DNA from: Eledone cirrhosa
Lineage: Eukaryota
Reading direction: 5' to 3'
Length of the DNA stretch: 64,000 bases
NCBI GenBank assembly: GCA_964016885.1
Contig: OZ024762.1
Span: forward strand, 12,462,001 to 12,526,000
In this document: positions 1 through 14,018 of the stretch, piece after piece
Layout: the number at the start of each line of letters is the position of its first letter
How positions within the stretch are numbered: the first letter of the stretch is position 1
Notes under the pieces: model-generated
What the model was told of the DNA's origin: nothing
Databases searched by the model: none
The model's input: only the letters and a program-made list of their open reading frames with translations
Position numbers and translations under genes: made by a program

Positions 1-344
1 TTCCGGATATCATGGAAAGAAGAGATGTAATGAAAAATCACTTTCGGTGATATATATTTTAACACATATATATCATAGAAACGATCGTTAAATAATGAAC
101 TTTTTTTGTTTAATATAAGGAACTGTTTCATTGTTTTATTCATTATTTGTTTAATATTTTATATCTATATATATATATATATATCATATTTATTTATATA
201 TATATATATCATATTTATTTATATATATATATATATATCATATTTATTTATATATATATATATATCATATTTATTTATATATATATATATATATATGATA
301 TTTATATATATATATATATCATATTTATATATAAATGAAAGGTA

Positions 345-950
345 TAGTAGCTTGTTTCCCTCATCTTGGCAATCCTCTTGGTGTAGCTTTGCTGGATTGC
401 CTCAAGCTCCGTGGTTAGTTTGACACTATGGGGTGACCACAACTGGGAGCAGTAGTCCAGGCGGCTTAGGACAAATGTCCTCCATAGTGTCAACATGGTG
501 TCTCGATCTCTTGTCCGGAAAGTCCTCAAGATCCAGCCAGCGAGTCGTCTGCACATTGTCGCCACTTTCATGATGTGTAAAGAAAAAAATGCATCATCGC
601 TCATGTCTATGCCCAGGTCTCGTATCGATTTTGACACGGGGATATCGCTCCCTCCTGGTCCTGTGTAGTTGTGTTGTACTATATTTGTGTTTGCAGGTTT
701 GTTTGGAGGTTTGTATTGTAGGGCTTGGAATTTGCCAGCATTAAACTGCATGTTGTTTTCTTCCGCCCATTTGTATATGGCATCCAGATCCTGCTGTAAA
801 AGGGTAGTGTCAGCCGGATTTTTGATTGCCTGTGCTACCTTAGTGTCATCAGCATAGCTAGTGAGGGATGTTGTTGTATGTACTACAGAGGGCATGTCTG
901 AGAGAGCCACCAAAAACAGTAGTGGTCCCAGGACTGTCCCCTGGGGCACA
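345..950 (-). mobile_element. Truncated non-LTR retrotransposon reverse transcriptase fragment (CR1/L2-like), bounded by (TA)n microsatellites
   Basis: Minus-strand translation contains VPQGTVLGPLLFL, YADDTK, DLGI and SRLDYCSQLWSP motifs, typical of CR1/L2-group RT and C-terminal region. Both ends run into TA repeats. Confidence 0.9.
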
Positions 951-974
951 GTATATATATATATATATACACAG

Positions 975-1047
<73 letters not shown>

Positions 1048-1048
1048 G

Positions 1049-1079
<31 letters not shown>

Positions 1080-1394
1080 TTGTTATATATGTATTATGTT
1101 TTATTTTAATTTTTATTAAATATAGTTCCATTTTTTTATATTTTCTTGGTTGACTTCTTTTTTTTCTTCTTCTGGGGTTGTAAGTATTTGTCCCCTACCT
1201 GTCCCACACCTGTCCCTTACCTGAATGTCCATCACACACCTGTGTCAGGTATATTGAAGGCGGTATTTTTAAACTGGCCCTTCATTTAGGCACGTGGACA
1301 AAGATATTTTATCCTCGTGGGTGGCCATGACTTGACCCTCAAACTAATGGTAGCACATACATGTTAATTGTATAAAACTTTGTTTATACTAAAT

Positions 1395-2575
<1,181 letters not shown>

Positions 2576-2740
2576 GTGATAATAAATGTGAAGACTAAAA
2601 TCCAAAGAGGGCTCAATGAGGATTATATATATAAAAAAAACCTGTAGAGCAAATATTTTCAGAAGATCCCGTAAAGAGTGAAAGCAACGATTCTTTGCTT
2701 AAACTTTAATCTGTACTTATAATAAATATATATATATATA
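2576..2740 (+). mobile_element. Probable degraded 3' end of a Penelope-like element
   Basis: Translation ...[13 protein letters not shown] resembles the LxTxxPxGLN end of PLE GIY-YIG domains. It is followed by a degenerate hammerhead-like CAGAAGA-tcccgtaaagagt-GAAA (about 2660-2684), AATAAA and (TA)n. Confidence 0.4.
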
Positions 2741-2910
2741 AGTGGAAGCTTAGTAAAATCGAAGATTTGGCTGCAGCCAAGCAAAGTCGAGCTACAATTA
2801 GGAATGAGTAGCAAAGCACTCAATAAGGTAGGCCCTCAGAGTAATAACTTGCATTTAGATAGCTTGACAAATTGAAAATTGCGGTAGGCAAAACCCAGCG
2901 ATATATATAT

Positions 2911-3245
2911 CATTATCATCATCATTTTACGTCCACTTTTCCCTGCTTGCAAGGGTGGGACGGGAACTGACTCTGGCTTGATTTCTACAGCTGGATGCTC
3001 TTCCTAACACTAACCTCATTTACAGTGAGTGCTGGGTGCTTTTTTGCTGTGTCTCCTCCACGACCACTTTACAGTGGAATGATAGGGACCCCAGTCCCTA
3101 TCATCTCATTTCTACAGCTGAGTAAACTGGAGCAATGTGAAATAAAGTGTCTTGCTCAAGGAAACAACACATCACCCGGTCTGAGAATTGAACTCACAAC
3201 CTTTCGATTGCAAGGCCAATGCTCTAACCACTAGGCCATGTGCCT
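2911..3245 (-). mobile_element. tRNA-derived SINE family A (tRNA head, central domain with palindrome, LINE-like tail with (ATG)n)
   Basis: Minus strand begins AGGCACATGGCCTAGTGG (A box) with GAGTTCAATTC (B box) and ends GGACGTAAAATGATGATG. Near-identical copies at 13145, 38061 and 42960. Confidence 0.9.
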
Positions 3246-3264
3246 CCATATATATTTATATATA

Positions 3265-3401
3265 TCAGAAAGGGTGTGGTAAGATACCAGGTGGACCATA
3301 ACCCACCAGAGTACTCAATACTTAGGGTAGTAGAGTGGGTAATATTAAAAGATTCAGTACCCCAACGGTTAAGCTCAGCCAACGGGGTCCTGAATCTTTT
3401 C

Positions 3402-3405
<4 letters not shown>
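3265..3405 (-). mobile_element. Hairpin-plus-tail element family HT-A (shortened hairpin)
   Basis: Reverse complement of the 60434-60640 element tail, plus the inverted repeat AAAAGATTCAG...CTGAATCTTTT. Flanked by TA repeats. Confidence 0.7.
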
Positions 3406-3435
<30 letters not shown>

Positions 3436-3869
3436 CTAGACAGCAATAAGAACACCACTGCCATTGGTATCAACTGGTATGGAACATCTGGTATAGCAAC
3501 TGTTGGTACAACTGCAACATTCCATCAACTTGCAGAATCATCTGTTATCAAATCTAACAATCTTGTATTCAACTGTGTAATTCTTTGGTTTGGGAATCTG
3601 GCCAAAATTCTTTGATTCCTGCTGTTCTATATTCTCACAGGAGCCAAACTCTACAGAATTTCCTCTGCCATTATTTCAGTTGAGACAACAGACAAGGAAA
3701 CTTTCTATGTGGTAAGATAGACTTCCGAGAAACAACAGTCAAATCTCCTTCAATTTACATCTCATTGTATTTTTAAAGAAAAAGCAAAGAAAATTAGGAG
3801 ACCATGGATATATATATATATCTATATATATAATATAAGATCAAAAGATGGTTAAAGGAGTTCCATATA

Positions 3870-3936
3870 TTTTATTATGCGCATTTCAAAAACAAACATC
3901 ATCATGCAATAATATTTGTGTTTTCATCAGATAAAA
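3870..3936 (-). ncRNA. Degenerate Penelope-type (type I) hammerhead ribozyme motif
   Basis: Minus strand: TTTTAT-CTGATGA-[AAACACAAATATTAT...ATGATGTTTGTTTTT stem II]-GAAA-TGCGCA-TAATAAAA. The cleavage-site U appears mutated. Confidence 0.5.
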
Positions 3937-4231
3937 CAGGAGAACATGATATGAAGGCTAAAAAACACTTGTGGATAGTGCAGTTTTAAATCAACATATA
4001 GTACTTTATTGTACTACAATAAAACTCACCTCCTACATATATCTCTCTATATATATATATATATATTACATACACTTAGATATATACATATATACATATA
4101 AAGTTACACACACACACACACATATGTATAATTATATCTAAGTGTATGTAATATATATATAGATATTATAGATATATATATATATTACATACACTTAGAT
4201 ATAATTATATATATATATATATATACACACA

Positions 4232-4306
4232 CAAGGTGTCCCTAAAAATGTATACACATTAAAGTGCTGTTGAAATGAGTAAACATTTTTGGGGGTCACC
4301 CTATGT
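4232..4306. mobile_element. Tc1/mariner-like MITE remnant
   Basis: CAAGGTGTCCCTAAAAATGT...TTTTTGGGGGTCACCCT ends, related to the copies at 34943 and 60190. Confidence 0.5.
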
Positions 4307-4465
4307 ATATATGCATACCTACATATATATACACATACATATAATAATAATAATAATGAAATTATTGTGTACAGTGCTCAGGTGCACTACAACTCATCAA
4401 AGGTGCATGTATAGTACATAGAATAATGTACAAATGTCAGGAAAATGAACAGTGTACGAGTCATG

Positions 4466-4504
<39 letters not shown>

Positions 4505-4829
4505 TCATCATCACCGTTTAACGTCCATTTTCCATGCCAGCATGGGTTGGATGGGTTGTCCTGACATTATGAAACAAGTGAGATCATAAGACCATGTCTT
4601 GTTCATACAGAACTGTTTCGGGGGAGGTGCGGGAGACTTAAAAAGCCCAAGAACCATCATATGCCACTACTGAGCTGACCTAGGGTTAAACAACATGATT
4701 ATATCAGTGATTGTCCCATTATGTTATCTATTATGACTAATTTCTCTGATTAACAATGCTCTGCTAACTAATTATTACTGGTCTGTGAAGCGGTAGTTTC
4801 TTATCTCATGCTTGTTCCAACACCTACAT

Positions 4830-5745
4830 CTACCTCATACCATCACCACCATCGCCTACACCTACCTCATAGCATCACCTACCTCATACCATCGCCTGCA
4901 CCTACCTCATACCATCACCACCATCGCCTACACCTACCTCATACCATCACCACCATCGCCTACACCTACCTCATAGCATCACCATCACCAACCTCATACC
5001 ATCGCCTGCACCTACCTCATACCATCACCACCATCGCCTACAATTACCTCATACCAACACCATCACCACCATCGCCTGCACCGACCTCATACCATCACCA
5101 CCATCGCCTACACCTACCTCATACCATCACCATCACCAACCTCATACCATCGCCTACACCTACCTCATACCATCACCATCACCAACCTCATACCATCGCC
5201 TGCACCGACCTCATACCATCACCACCATCGCCTACACCTACCTCATACCATCACCATCACCTACCTCATACCATCGCCTGCACCTACCTCATACCATCAC
5301 CACCATCGCCTACAACTACCTCATACCAACAGCATCACCACCATCGCCTACACCTACCTCATACCATCACCATCACCTACCTCATACCATCGCCTGCACC
5401 TACCTCATACCATCACCACCATCGCCTACAACTACCTCATACCAACAGCATCACCACCATCGCCTACACCTACCTCATACCAACAGCATCACCACCATCG
5501 CCTACACCTACCTCATACCATCACCATCACCAACCTCATACCATCGCCTGCACCGACCTCATACCATCACCACCATCGCCTACACCTACCTCATACCATC
5601 ACCATCACCAACCTCATACCATCGCCTGCACCGACCTCATACCATCACCACCATCGCCTACACCTACCTCATACCATCACCATCACCTACCTCATACCAT
5701 CGCCTGCACCGACCTCATACCATCACCACCATCGCCTACACCTGC
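4830..5745. repeat. AC-rich complex minisatellite (about 33-bp CACCTACCTCATACCATCACCACCATCGCCTA variants)
   Basis: Directly visible tandem units. Confidence 0.9.
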
Positions 5746-6263
5746 CTCAATATACCATCCTGGGCACCATCAACTACCTCTCATCATACCATCTTGACCA
5801 CCATTTCACGTTGCTCCAGTAGACACAACTAAAAGTGTGTATCAGCAGTAACTGGAGAGGTTAACTTTGCAATGAGCTAGCGTTCTGTCCAGGAGAGGGG
5901 AGTCTCTCTCTCTCTCTCACACACACACGCGCACAAAAGACGAGGTTACCACAGTGGCTAGTCTTCTGGAATAGCCATGATTAGAACTGGAGACCTGGCT
6001 GTAAAATTGTCTGTCCAAGATCTCCAGACTCCGTTTCCAACACGGAGTGGACAACACATATTAGAGAAATTGATAATTTATTAGAGAGAGGGAAAGCTGG
6101 AATGAGACACATAGAGAGGGGGAAAGAGACAGCTGGTGTGAGACAGAGAGAGTGGGAGAGAGATGCAATGAAATAGATAGAGAGGGGGAGAGATTGCTGG
6201 ATAGAGTTAGTTTTGCCGCAAGACAGGTAACCGCTGAAGGAAGTGATTGATAATGCTCTGGCT

Positions 6264-6276
6264 ACGTCACTTCCGG
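6264..6276 (-). promoter_or_regulatory. Overlapping ETS-CRE composite motif, probable Rab43 promoter
   Basis: ACGTCACTTCCGG reads CCGGAAGTGACGT on the minus strand, about 680 bp upstream of the ATG. A second GGAAGTG lies at about 6239. Confidence 0.55.
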
Positions 6277-6953
6277 TTTCTAGGTTTACACTGACATTTA
6301 TATACACATATCCTACACATAAATAAACATATACATACATATATATATATGTACATATATATACATATACGGGTACATTTATATCCACACACCCACATTC
6401 GTTTATACAGAGAGAGAGAGACACACACACACAGTGATATATATATATAGAGAGAGAGGCAAAAACAGACTGATAGAGAGAGATATGCTGATAGCGAGGG
6501 AGAGAAGGTTCTTGGTTGTAGTATTTCGATTTAACCCGTTATTGATCTTGGCGTAGCTGCTACTGTTGTGGAAGTATATATATATATATACACATACATA
6601 CACACTTATATATATATGGACAGAGAGCGGAAGGCGTAATATATATATATATAGGTTTATGTTTACAAACGAAAGAAGAAAGTACTCAATAGCTGGTGTA
6701 TATATGATATATAGAAGCTAAGCTGCAAGTGGCTGGCAATGAAGAAGACGACGAACGAGGTCCGATAGTTTTTGGGCGTGGGGGGGCACCTTGCAGAAAC
6801 AAAAATATATATAATATATATATATATATACATATATAAGAAAGAAAAAGACAGTTAGACAGATATATATATATATATATATACATACATACATACATGG
6901 TAATTATAATAATACTCTAAAGCTGGTGTTTATAATTATATGGTGCCGCAACG

Positions 6954-7151
6954 ATGGCGTATCATTCACATTTAGATCCGGACGATTCGTTCGATTTCTT
7001 ATTTAAAATCGTCCTGATCGGAGATGCTGGGGTAGGCAAAACCTGTGTGGTTCAGAGGTTTAAGTCTGGGACATACCTGGAGAAACACGGCAGTACAATT
7101 GGTGTGGATTTTACTATGAAAACCCTTCAAATTGATGGGAAACTCGTCAAG
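6954..7151 (+). CDS. Rab43: Ras-related protein Rab-43, coding exon 1
   Basis: [30 protein letters not shown] (P-loop)...[19 protein letters not shown]. Donor AAG|GTGAGA, 198 nt, phase 0. Confidence 0.95.
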
Positions 7152-7397
7152 GTGAGAAAACAAATGGCCCATCAAATCGGACCCTTTTTTTGTTGTATAT
7201 GTGTGTGTCTGTATATATGTGTCTATTATTGTTGCTGTGGTTTTTATTGTTGTTATGGTTGTTGTTGTGGTTGGTGTTGCTGTTGCTGTTGTTCTTGCTG
7301 TTGGTCTTTACTAGTGCTACTTGGTCTGTGTAATACTGTCCACCTGTCTGCTGTCGCCTTTCTGACAAATAAAGACACCCCTTGTTTAATTTTGGTT

Positions 7398-7429
<32 letters not shown>

Positions 7430-7510
7430 CTGCCAAATCAACCTCCCAAATGCAAGGTGATTGAAAGGTATGTCGTATCTATTTATTTATAAGACTGTTT
7501 ATATTGTATT

Positions 7511-7565
7511 TTGTCTGAAGAAGGCATAACATATTGTTAATATGATATCCCTGAAATATATATAA
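7511..7565 (+). ncRNA. Penelope-type hammerhead ribozyme-like motif in Rab43 intron 1
   Basis: TTGT-CTGAAGA-AGG[...CATATT GTT AATATG...]CCT-GAAA-TATATATAA. Confidence 0.5.
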
Positions 7566-7700
7566 CGAAATAAATATGGTTTTATAAATATAGTTTCCAT
7601 TTATTTAATATCATATATATACTCCAAATACTTGTTGAGTGCTTTTATATCAGTTATAAATATTTACTCGTTGTTAACCCAACAATTTAAATATAACTTT

Positions 7701-7746
<46 letters not shown>

Positions 7747-7890
7747 GTATACATATATACATACACACACACACACACATGTATATATATTTGGTGAGTT
7801 GGGGTGCAAACCCTAACGAGACTTGAGTACCTGTATGTATCACTGTTGTAACAAATTATATACATATATATATATAAATTATGTCTGTGT

Positions 7891-8082
7891 GTAACAAATT
7901 TAATATAGAAATGGCTTCTACAGCACTAGAACTGTTTCATTGGAAGGAAATGATGAAGAAAGCCCTTCGAATGAAACAGTTTTAGTCCTGTAGAAGTCAT
8001 TTCTATATTAAATTTGTTGTATACACTCTACTAATATATTGAGTACCTTACTGTGGTTACTCCCGATTGAACCCGGGACTCG
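7891..8082 (+). mobile_element. Hairpin-plus-tail element family HT-B
   Basis: Inverted arms of about 55 bp (AACAAATTTAATATAGAAATGGCTTCTACAG...CTGTAGAAGTCATTTCTATATTAAATTTGTT), then tail CACTCTACTAATATATTGAGTACC...CCCGGGACTC. Confidence 0.75.
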
Positions 8083-8693
8083 TACACACACACCATCATC
8101 ATCATCATCATCATATATATTTGGTCGCTGTTTGAGTAAAAGCTAATTGTCATTGTATATTGTACGTAGGACAAGAGCCTATATGTGGTCGGGTAACCTG
8201 TTAGAAATAATAGCCAAAGCTTCCTCAGATAATACACTAAACCATAAATAAATGCTGGACGATCATGGCTGGAACGTCTTTGATCATACATAGGTTTGTT
8301 GAGATAAGACTGGCCTGGGGCTAAACAACACAGCAGCTACTACACCACCACCACAACTACCCTACCATCAACACTACCACCACCACCACAACTACCACAC
8401 CACCACTACCCTACCATAAACACCACCACTACCCTACCATAAACACCACCACCACAACTACCCTACCATCAACACCACCACACCACCACCACCACTACAA
8501 CTACCCTACCATCAACACCACCACACCACCACCACCACCACAACTACCCTACCATCAACACCACCACATCACCACCACAACTACCCTACCATCAACACCA
8601 CCACTGCCCCAACACCATAACCACTACCACAACTACAACACCACTATAAACACTACCACCACAACCAGCATTACTACTACACCACTACCACAA

Positions 8694-9707
8694 CCACCAC
8701 TATCAGTAGGAAGTAATCAATACAAGGTACCCTACCCTATCCTCTATATGACCACAGCCAAACTACCACCACTATCAGTAGGAAGTAATCAATACAAGGT
8801 ACCCTACCCTATCCTCTATATGACCACAGCCAAACTACCACCACTATCAGTAGGAAGTAATCAATACAAGGTACCCTACCCTATCATCTATATGACCACA
8901 GCCAAACTACCACCACTATCAGTAGGAAGTAATCAATACAAGGTACCCTACCCTATCATCTATATGACCACAGCCAAACTACCACCACTATCAGTAGGAA
9001 GTAATCAATACAAGGTACCCTACCCTATCCTCTATATGACCACAGCCAAACTACCACCACTATCAGTAGGAAGTAATCAATACAAGGTACCCTACCCTAT
9101 CCTCTATATGACCACAGCCAAACTACCACCACTATCAGTAGGAAGTAATCAATACAAGGTACCCTACCCTATCATCTATATGACCACAGCCAAACTACCA
9201 CCACTATCAGTAGGAAGTAATCAATACAAGGTACCCTACCCTATCCTCTATATGACCACAGCCAAACTACCACCACTATCAGTAGGAAGTAATCAATACA
9301 AGGTACCCTACCCTATCCTCTATATGACCACAGCCAAACTACCACCACTATCAGTAGGAAGTAATCAATACAAGGTACCCTACCCTATCATCTATATGAC
9401 CACAGCCAAACTACCACCACTATCAGTAGGAAGTAATCAATACAAGGTACCCTACCCTATCATCTATATGACCACAGCCAAACTACCACCACTATCAGTA
9501 GGAAGTAATCAATACAAGGTACCCTACCCTATCATCTATATGACCACAGCCAAACTACCACCACTATCAGTAGGAAGTAATCAATACAAGGTACCCTACC
9601 CTATCCTCTATATGACCACAGCCAAACTACCACCACTATCAGTAGGAAGTAATCAATACAAGGTACCCTACCCTATCATCTATATGACCACAGCCAAACT
9701 ACCACCA
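8694..9707. repeat. 72-bp tandem repeat, about 14 copies
   Basis: Unit CCACCACTATCAGTAGGAAGTAATCAATACAAGGTACCCTACCCTATC(C/A)TCTATATGACCACAGCCAAACTA. Confidence 0.95.
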
Positions 9708-9949
9708 CCACAGCAACAACATTGTCAACATGTCTCCTTCCTCACCCAGTGTTGTATTAGTTACCCCTTCCACAGGTATTCTTCAACAATGGGGTACACA
9801 ACATTGCACCTACGATGGGTACCTTGACATTCCTGCCACAGGTACCTCGACTGACCTCAACAAACAGGTACCTCAGCATTCCTCATCAAAGGGGTACCTC
9901 AACTGACCTGCTCCTTTCTTTCTTTCTTACTCCCCTCTTTTCTTTTCCA

Positions 9950-10410
9950 CATATCCCTACATGGTCTGTTGTATTTATATATCCCTACATGGTCTGTTGT
10001 ACATATTCCTACATGGTATGTTATATATATTCCCACATGGTCTGTTGTATATATCCCTACATGGTCTGTTATATATATATCCCTACATGGTCTGTTATAT
10101 ATATATCCCTACATGGTCTGTTATATATATATCCCTACATGGTCTGTTATATATTTATCCCTACATGGTCTGTTATATATTTATCCCTACATGGTCTGTT
10201 ATATATATGCCTACATGGTCTGTTATATATATCCCTACATGGTCTGTTATATATTTATCCCTACATGGTCTGTTATATATATGCCTACATGGTCTGTTAT
10301 ATATATCCCTACATGGTCTGTTGTACATATTCCTACATGGTCTGTTGTACATATTCCTACATGGTCTGTTATATATATCCCTACATGGTCTGTTGTATAT
10401 TTATATCCAT
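9950..10410. repeat. Minisatellite of about 24-26 bp (ATCCCTACATGGTCTGTTATATAT)
   Basis: Directly visible. Confidence 0.9.
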
Positions 10411-10586
10411 TCAGTATTGATAATTATCTAAGACTAACACAGACAGTCCTGTTACCCTGGAGTTTGCTCTACGACAACCCTGTGTATGTGTGAGTGCATA
10501 TGTGTGTGTATGTGTATATGTGTATACATGTAAATATGCGTGTGTGTGTGTGAATGTCTGTGTATGTGTGTAACTATTTGTGAATA

Positions 10587-10621
<35 letters not shown>

Positions 10622-10753
10622 ATTTGTGTATAATGGTGAAGGTATTTACTTGTTTCACCTGATCAGAGAAACCCTTAGGCAAGTATTTTGTTGCTCATGT
10701 GATAACCATGATAGTGATGATATAGTATATTATTCTATGTACTATATACCAGA

Positions 10754-10925
10754 CATGTCAACCTCTAATACCCCAAACGGGGACTACCATGAAAAAAAAA
10801 AGGCCCCAAAATGGGGAGATTTTACATAATGAAATTTATACTCATTTTCACAAGAGAAGACATCTGTCACCCACCCAGAGGTGGGTGGGAGATCTCCCCC
10901 TCGTCGGGCGGGGAGAGTTGACATG
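10754..10925. mobile_element. Small MITE-like element
   Basis: Terminal inverted repeat CATGTCAAC...GTTGACATG. Confidence 0.5.
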
Positions 10926-10989
10926 CACCTTTGATAGGTTGTAGTGTGCCCGAGCACTGTACACAATCATTTTCATTATTATATTTATT

Positions 10990-11675
10990 ACATGATAATA
11001 TTGATATTAATAATGGTTATATTGGTGATAATAGTGATATTGTTGATATTAATATTAGTGATAATGCTGATATTAATATTAGTGATAATGGTGATATTAG
11101 TGATATTGTTGATATTGTTGATATTAGTGATATTGTTGATATTGTTGATATTAGTGATATTGTTGATATTGTTGATATTAGTGATATTGTTGATGTTAGT
11201 GATATTGTTGATATTAGTGATATTGTTGATGTTAGTGATAATGTTGTTATTAGTGATAATGTTGATATTAGTGATATTGTTGATATTAGTGATATTGTTG
11301 ATATTAGTGATATTGTTGATATTAGTGATATTGTTGATATTAGTGATAATGGTGATATTAGTGATATTAGTGATAATGGTGATATTGTTGATATTAGTGA
11401 TAATGTTGATATTAGTGATAATGTTGATATTAGTGATAATGTTGATATTAATATTAGTGATAATGTTGATATTGGTGATATTAGTGATATTAGTGATATT
11501 GTTGATATTAGTGATATTGTTGATGGTGATAATGTTGATATTAGTGATATTGTTGATAATGTTGATAATATTAATATTGTTGATAATGTTGATAATAGTG
11601 ATATTGTGGATAATGTTGATAATGTTGATAATAGTGATAATGTTGATATTAATATTAGTGATAATGTTAATATTA
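10990..11675. repeat. Low-complexity (GAT/ATT/GTT)n tract
   Basis: Directly visible. Confidence 0.9.
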
Positions 11676-12313
11676 GTGAAGGTATTTACTTGTTTCACCT
11701 GATCACAGAAACCCTTAGGCAAGTATTTTGTTGCTCATGTGATGACCATGATAGTGATGATAATAGTAATAATAGTACTACTACTACTACTACTAATACT
11801 ACTACTACTAATACTACTAATAATAATAATGCTATCGATTAATTTGGTGATTAGTAAGGATTAATTAATTAAAAGATTACTTCGACACACTAAGGATTAT
11901 AATTATTGTTATTATTATGTCTTAGATATATGTGTCTGTATATATATATATATACGTGTGTGTATATATATATATATGTGTGTGTGTGTGTATATATATA
12001 TGTGTGTGTGTATATATATATATATGTGTGTGTGTATATATATATATATATACATACATATACACCCACTTTGCACCATACCATATATTGAGTACTACTC
12101 TCGTTTATGGTCATCCCTGTCTACATACCGCAGTCTGTCTGTCTGTCTATCTATCTATATATCATCATCATCATCATCATCATCATTATATATATATATA
12201 TATACACATACACATACACATAGATACACATATATAAACACAAACACACACATATAAACACAGACATATACACACATAAACACACACACACATATATATA
12301 TACACACATATAT

Positions 12314-12360
<47 letters not shown>

Positions 12361-12653
12361 TATATATATATATATAAATATATACAGACAGACATATATA
12401 CACACACACATATATACACACACATATACACACACACATATACACACACACATATATATATATATATACAGACACACATATATACACAGCTAATATGACA
12501 TATGACTCATGTACAGTCAGACAGAAACATCTGATCGAAAGTCGATTCCAAACTATATCGACACAACTGGATATATATATATGTGTATATAATATATACA
12601 TTAAATATATATAATATATAGCATATATAATATACATATAACACACGTATGTG

Positions 12654-12690
<37 letters not shown>

Positions 12691-12767
12691 ATATTATATA
12701 TATGTGAGTGTATGTATATATTATATATACATTTTATATATATATATAACACACACACACACACTCC

Positions 12768-12798
<31 letters not shown>

Positions 12799-12878
12799 AT
12801 GATGATGATGATGATATACACATACATACATATATAAATACATGCCTATATATATATATGTATATACATACATACATT

Positions 12879-12910
<32 letters not shown>

Positions 12911-12933
12911 TATAAATTTCTACGGAAATGCAT

Positions 12934-12993
<60 letters not shown>

Positions 12994-13144
12994 TGTGTGT
13001 GTGTATATATATGTGTCTGTATATATATATATTTATGTATATGTGTATATATATATATGTGTGTCTGTATATATATATATATTTATGTATGTGTGTGTGT
13101 GTATATTTATGTATATGTGTGTCTATATATATATATATTTATGT

Positions 13145-13524
13145 ATCATCATCATCATCATTTTACGTCCGCTTTTCCCTGCTTGCAAGGGTGGGACGGG
13201 AACTGATTCTGGCTTGATTTCTACAGCTGGATGCCCTTCCTAACACCAACCTCATTTACAGTGAGTGCTGGGTGCTTTTTTGCCATGGCACCTCCACGTC
13301 CACTATACAGTGTCAGCTGGGTGCTTTTCTGCCATGGCACCTCCACAACCACTTTGCAGTGGAATGATAGGGACCCCAGTCCCTATCATCTCATTTCTAC
13401 AGCTGGGTAAACTGGAGCAATGTGAAATAAAGTGTCTTGCTCAAGGAAACAACACACCACCCGGTCTGAGAATTGAACTCACAACCTTTCGATTGCAAGC
13501 CCAATGCTCTAACCACTAAGCATG
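13145..13524 (-). mobile_element. SINE family A copy with an internal duplication of about 50 bp
   Basis: Matches 2911-3245. The segment GCTGGGTGCTTTT..GCCATGGCACCTCCAC is duplicated. Confidence 0.9.
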
Positions 13525-13528
13525 TATA

Positions 13529-13565
<37 letters not shown>

Positions 13566-13602
13566 TTATGTATATGTGTGTGTATATATATATATATATT
13601 TA

Positions 13603-13633
<31 letters not shown>

Positions 13634-13636
13634 TTA

Positions 13637-13667
<31 letters not shown>

Positions 13668-13807
13668 TTATGTATATGTGCGTGTGTCTAAATTCAGTGA
13701 CTGAGGCAATGGTGAAACCAATGCAACTATGTGATGGAATTGTGTGAATTATTAGAAAATATTCTTAAAATGTGACCAGAATTCACCAACAGTCACACAC
13801 TAGTTAA

Positions 13808-13950
<143 letters not shown>

Positions 13951-14018
13951 CTAGTTTAATATTGCTTTAATTCTGATACACACACACACATATATATATA
14001 TTATATATATATATATAT

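Noticed and set aside
30-95. Hairpin followed by GAAACGATCGTT, hammerhead-like (similar partial cases at about 12500, 33590 and 62110)
   Set aside because: The CUGANGA core or the GAAA is missing, too degenerate to call.
3170-3245. tRNA-like sequence with a TGC anticodon-like loop
   Set aside because: It is the head of a multi-copy SINE, not a tRNA gene.
3436-3760. Unique sequence with short minus-strand frames (for example CCSCTNSCYTRC), a possible exon of a divergent gene
   Set aside because: Stops in all frames and no recognisable protein. Probably a decayed repeat.
4808-5797. 329-aa His/Pro/Thr-rich ORF
   Set aside because: AC-rich minisatellite in which indels shift between frames.
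8748-9827. 359-aa ORF with 24-aa repeats
   Set aside because: A 72-bp intronic tandem repeat that is open in one frame. No domain, signal peptide or splice support.
10931-11842. Asp/Ile-rich ORF
   Set aside because: Trinucleotide low-complexity tract.
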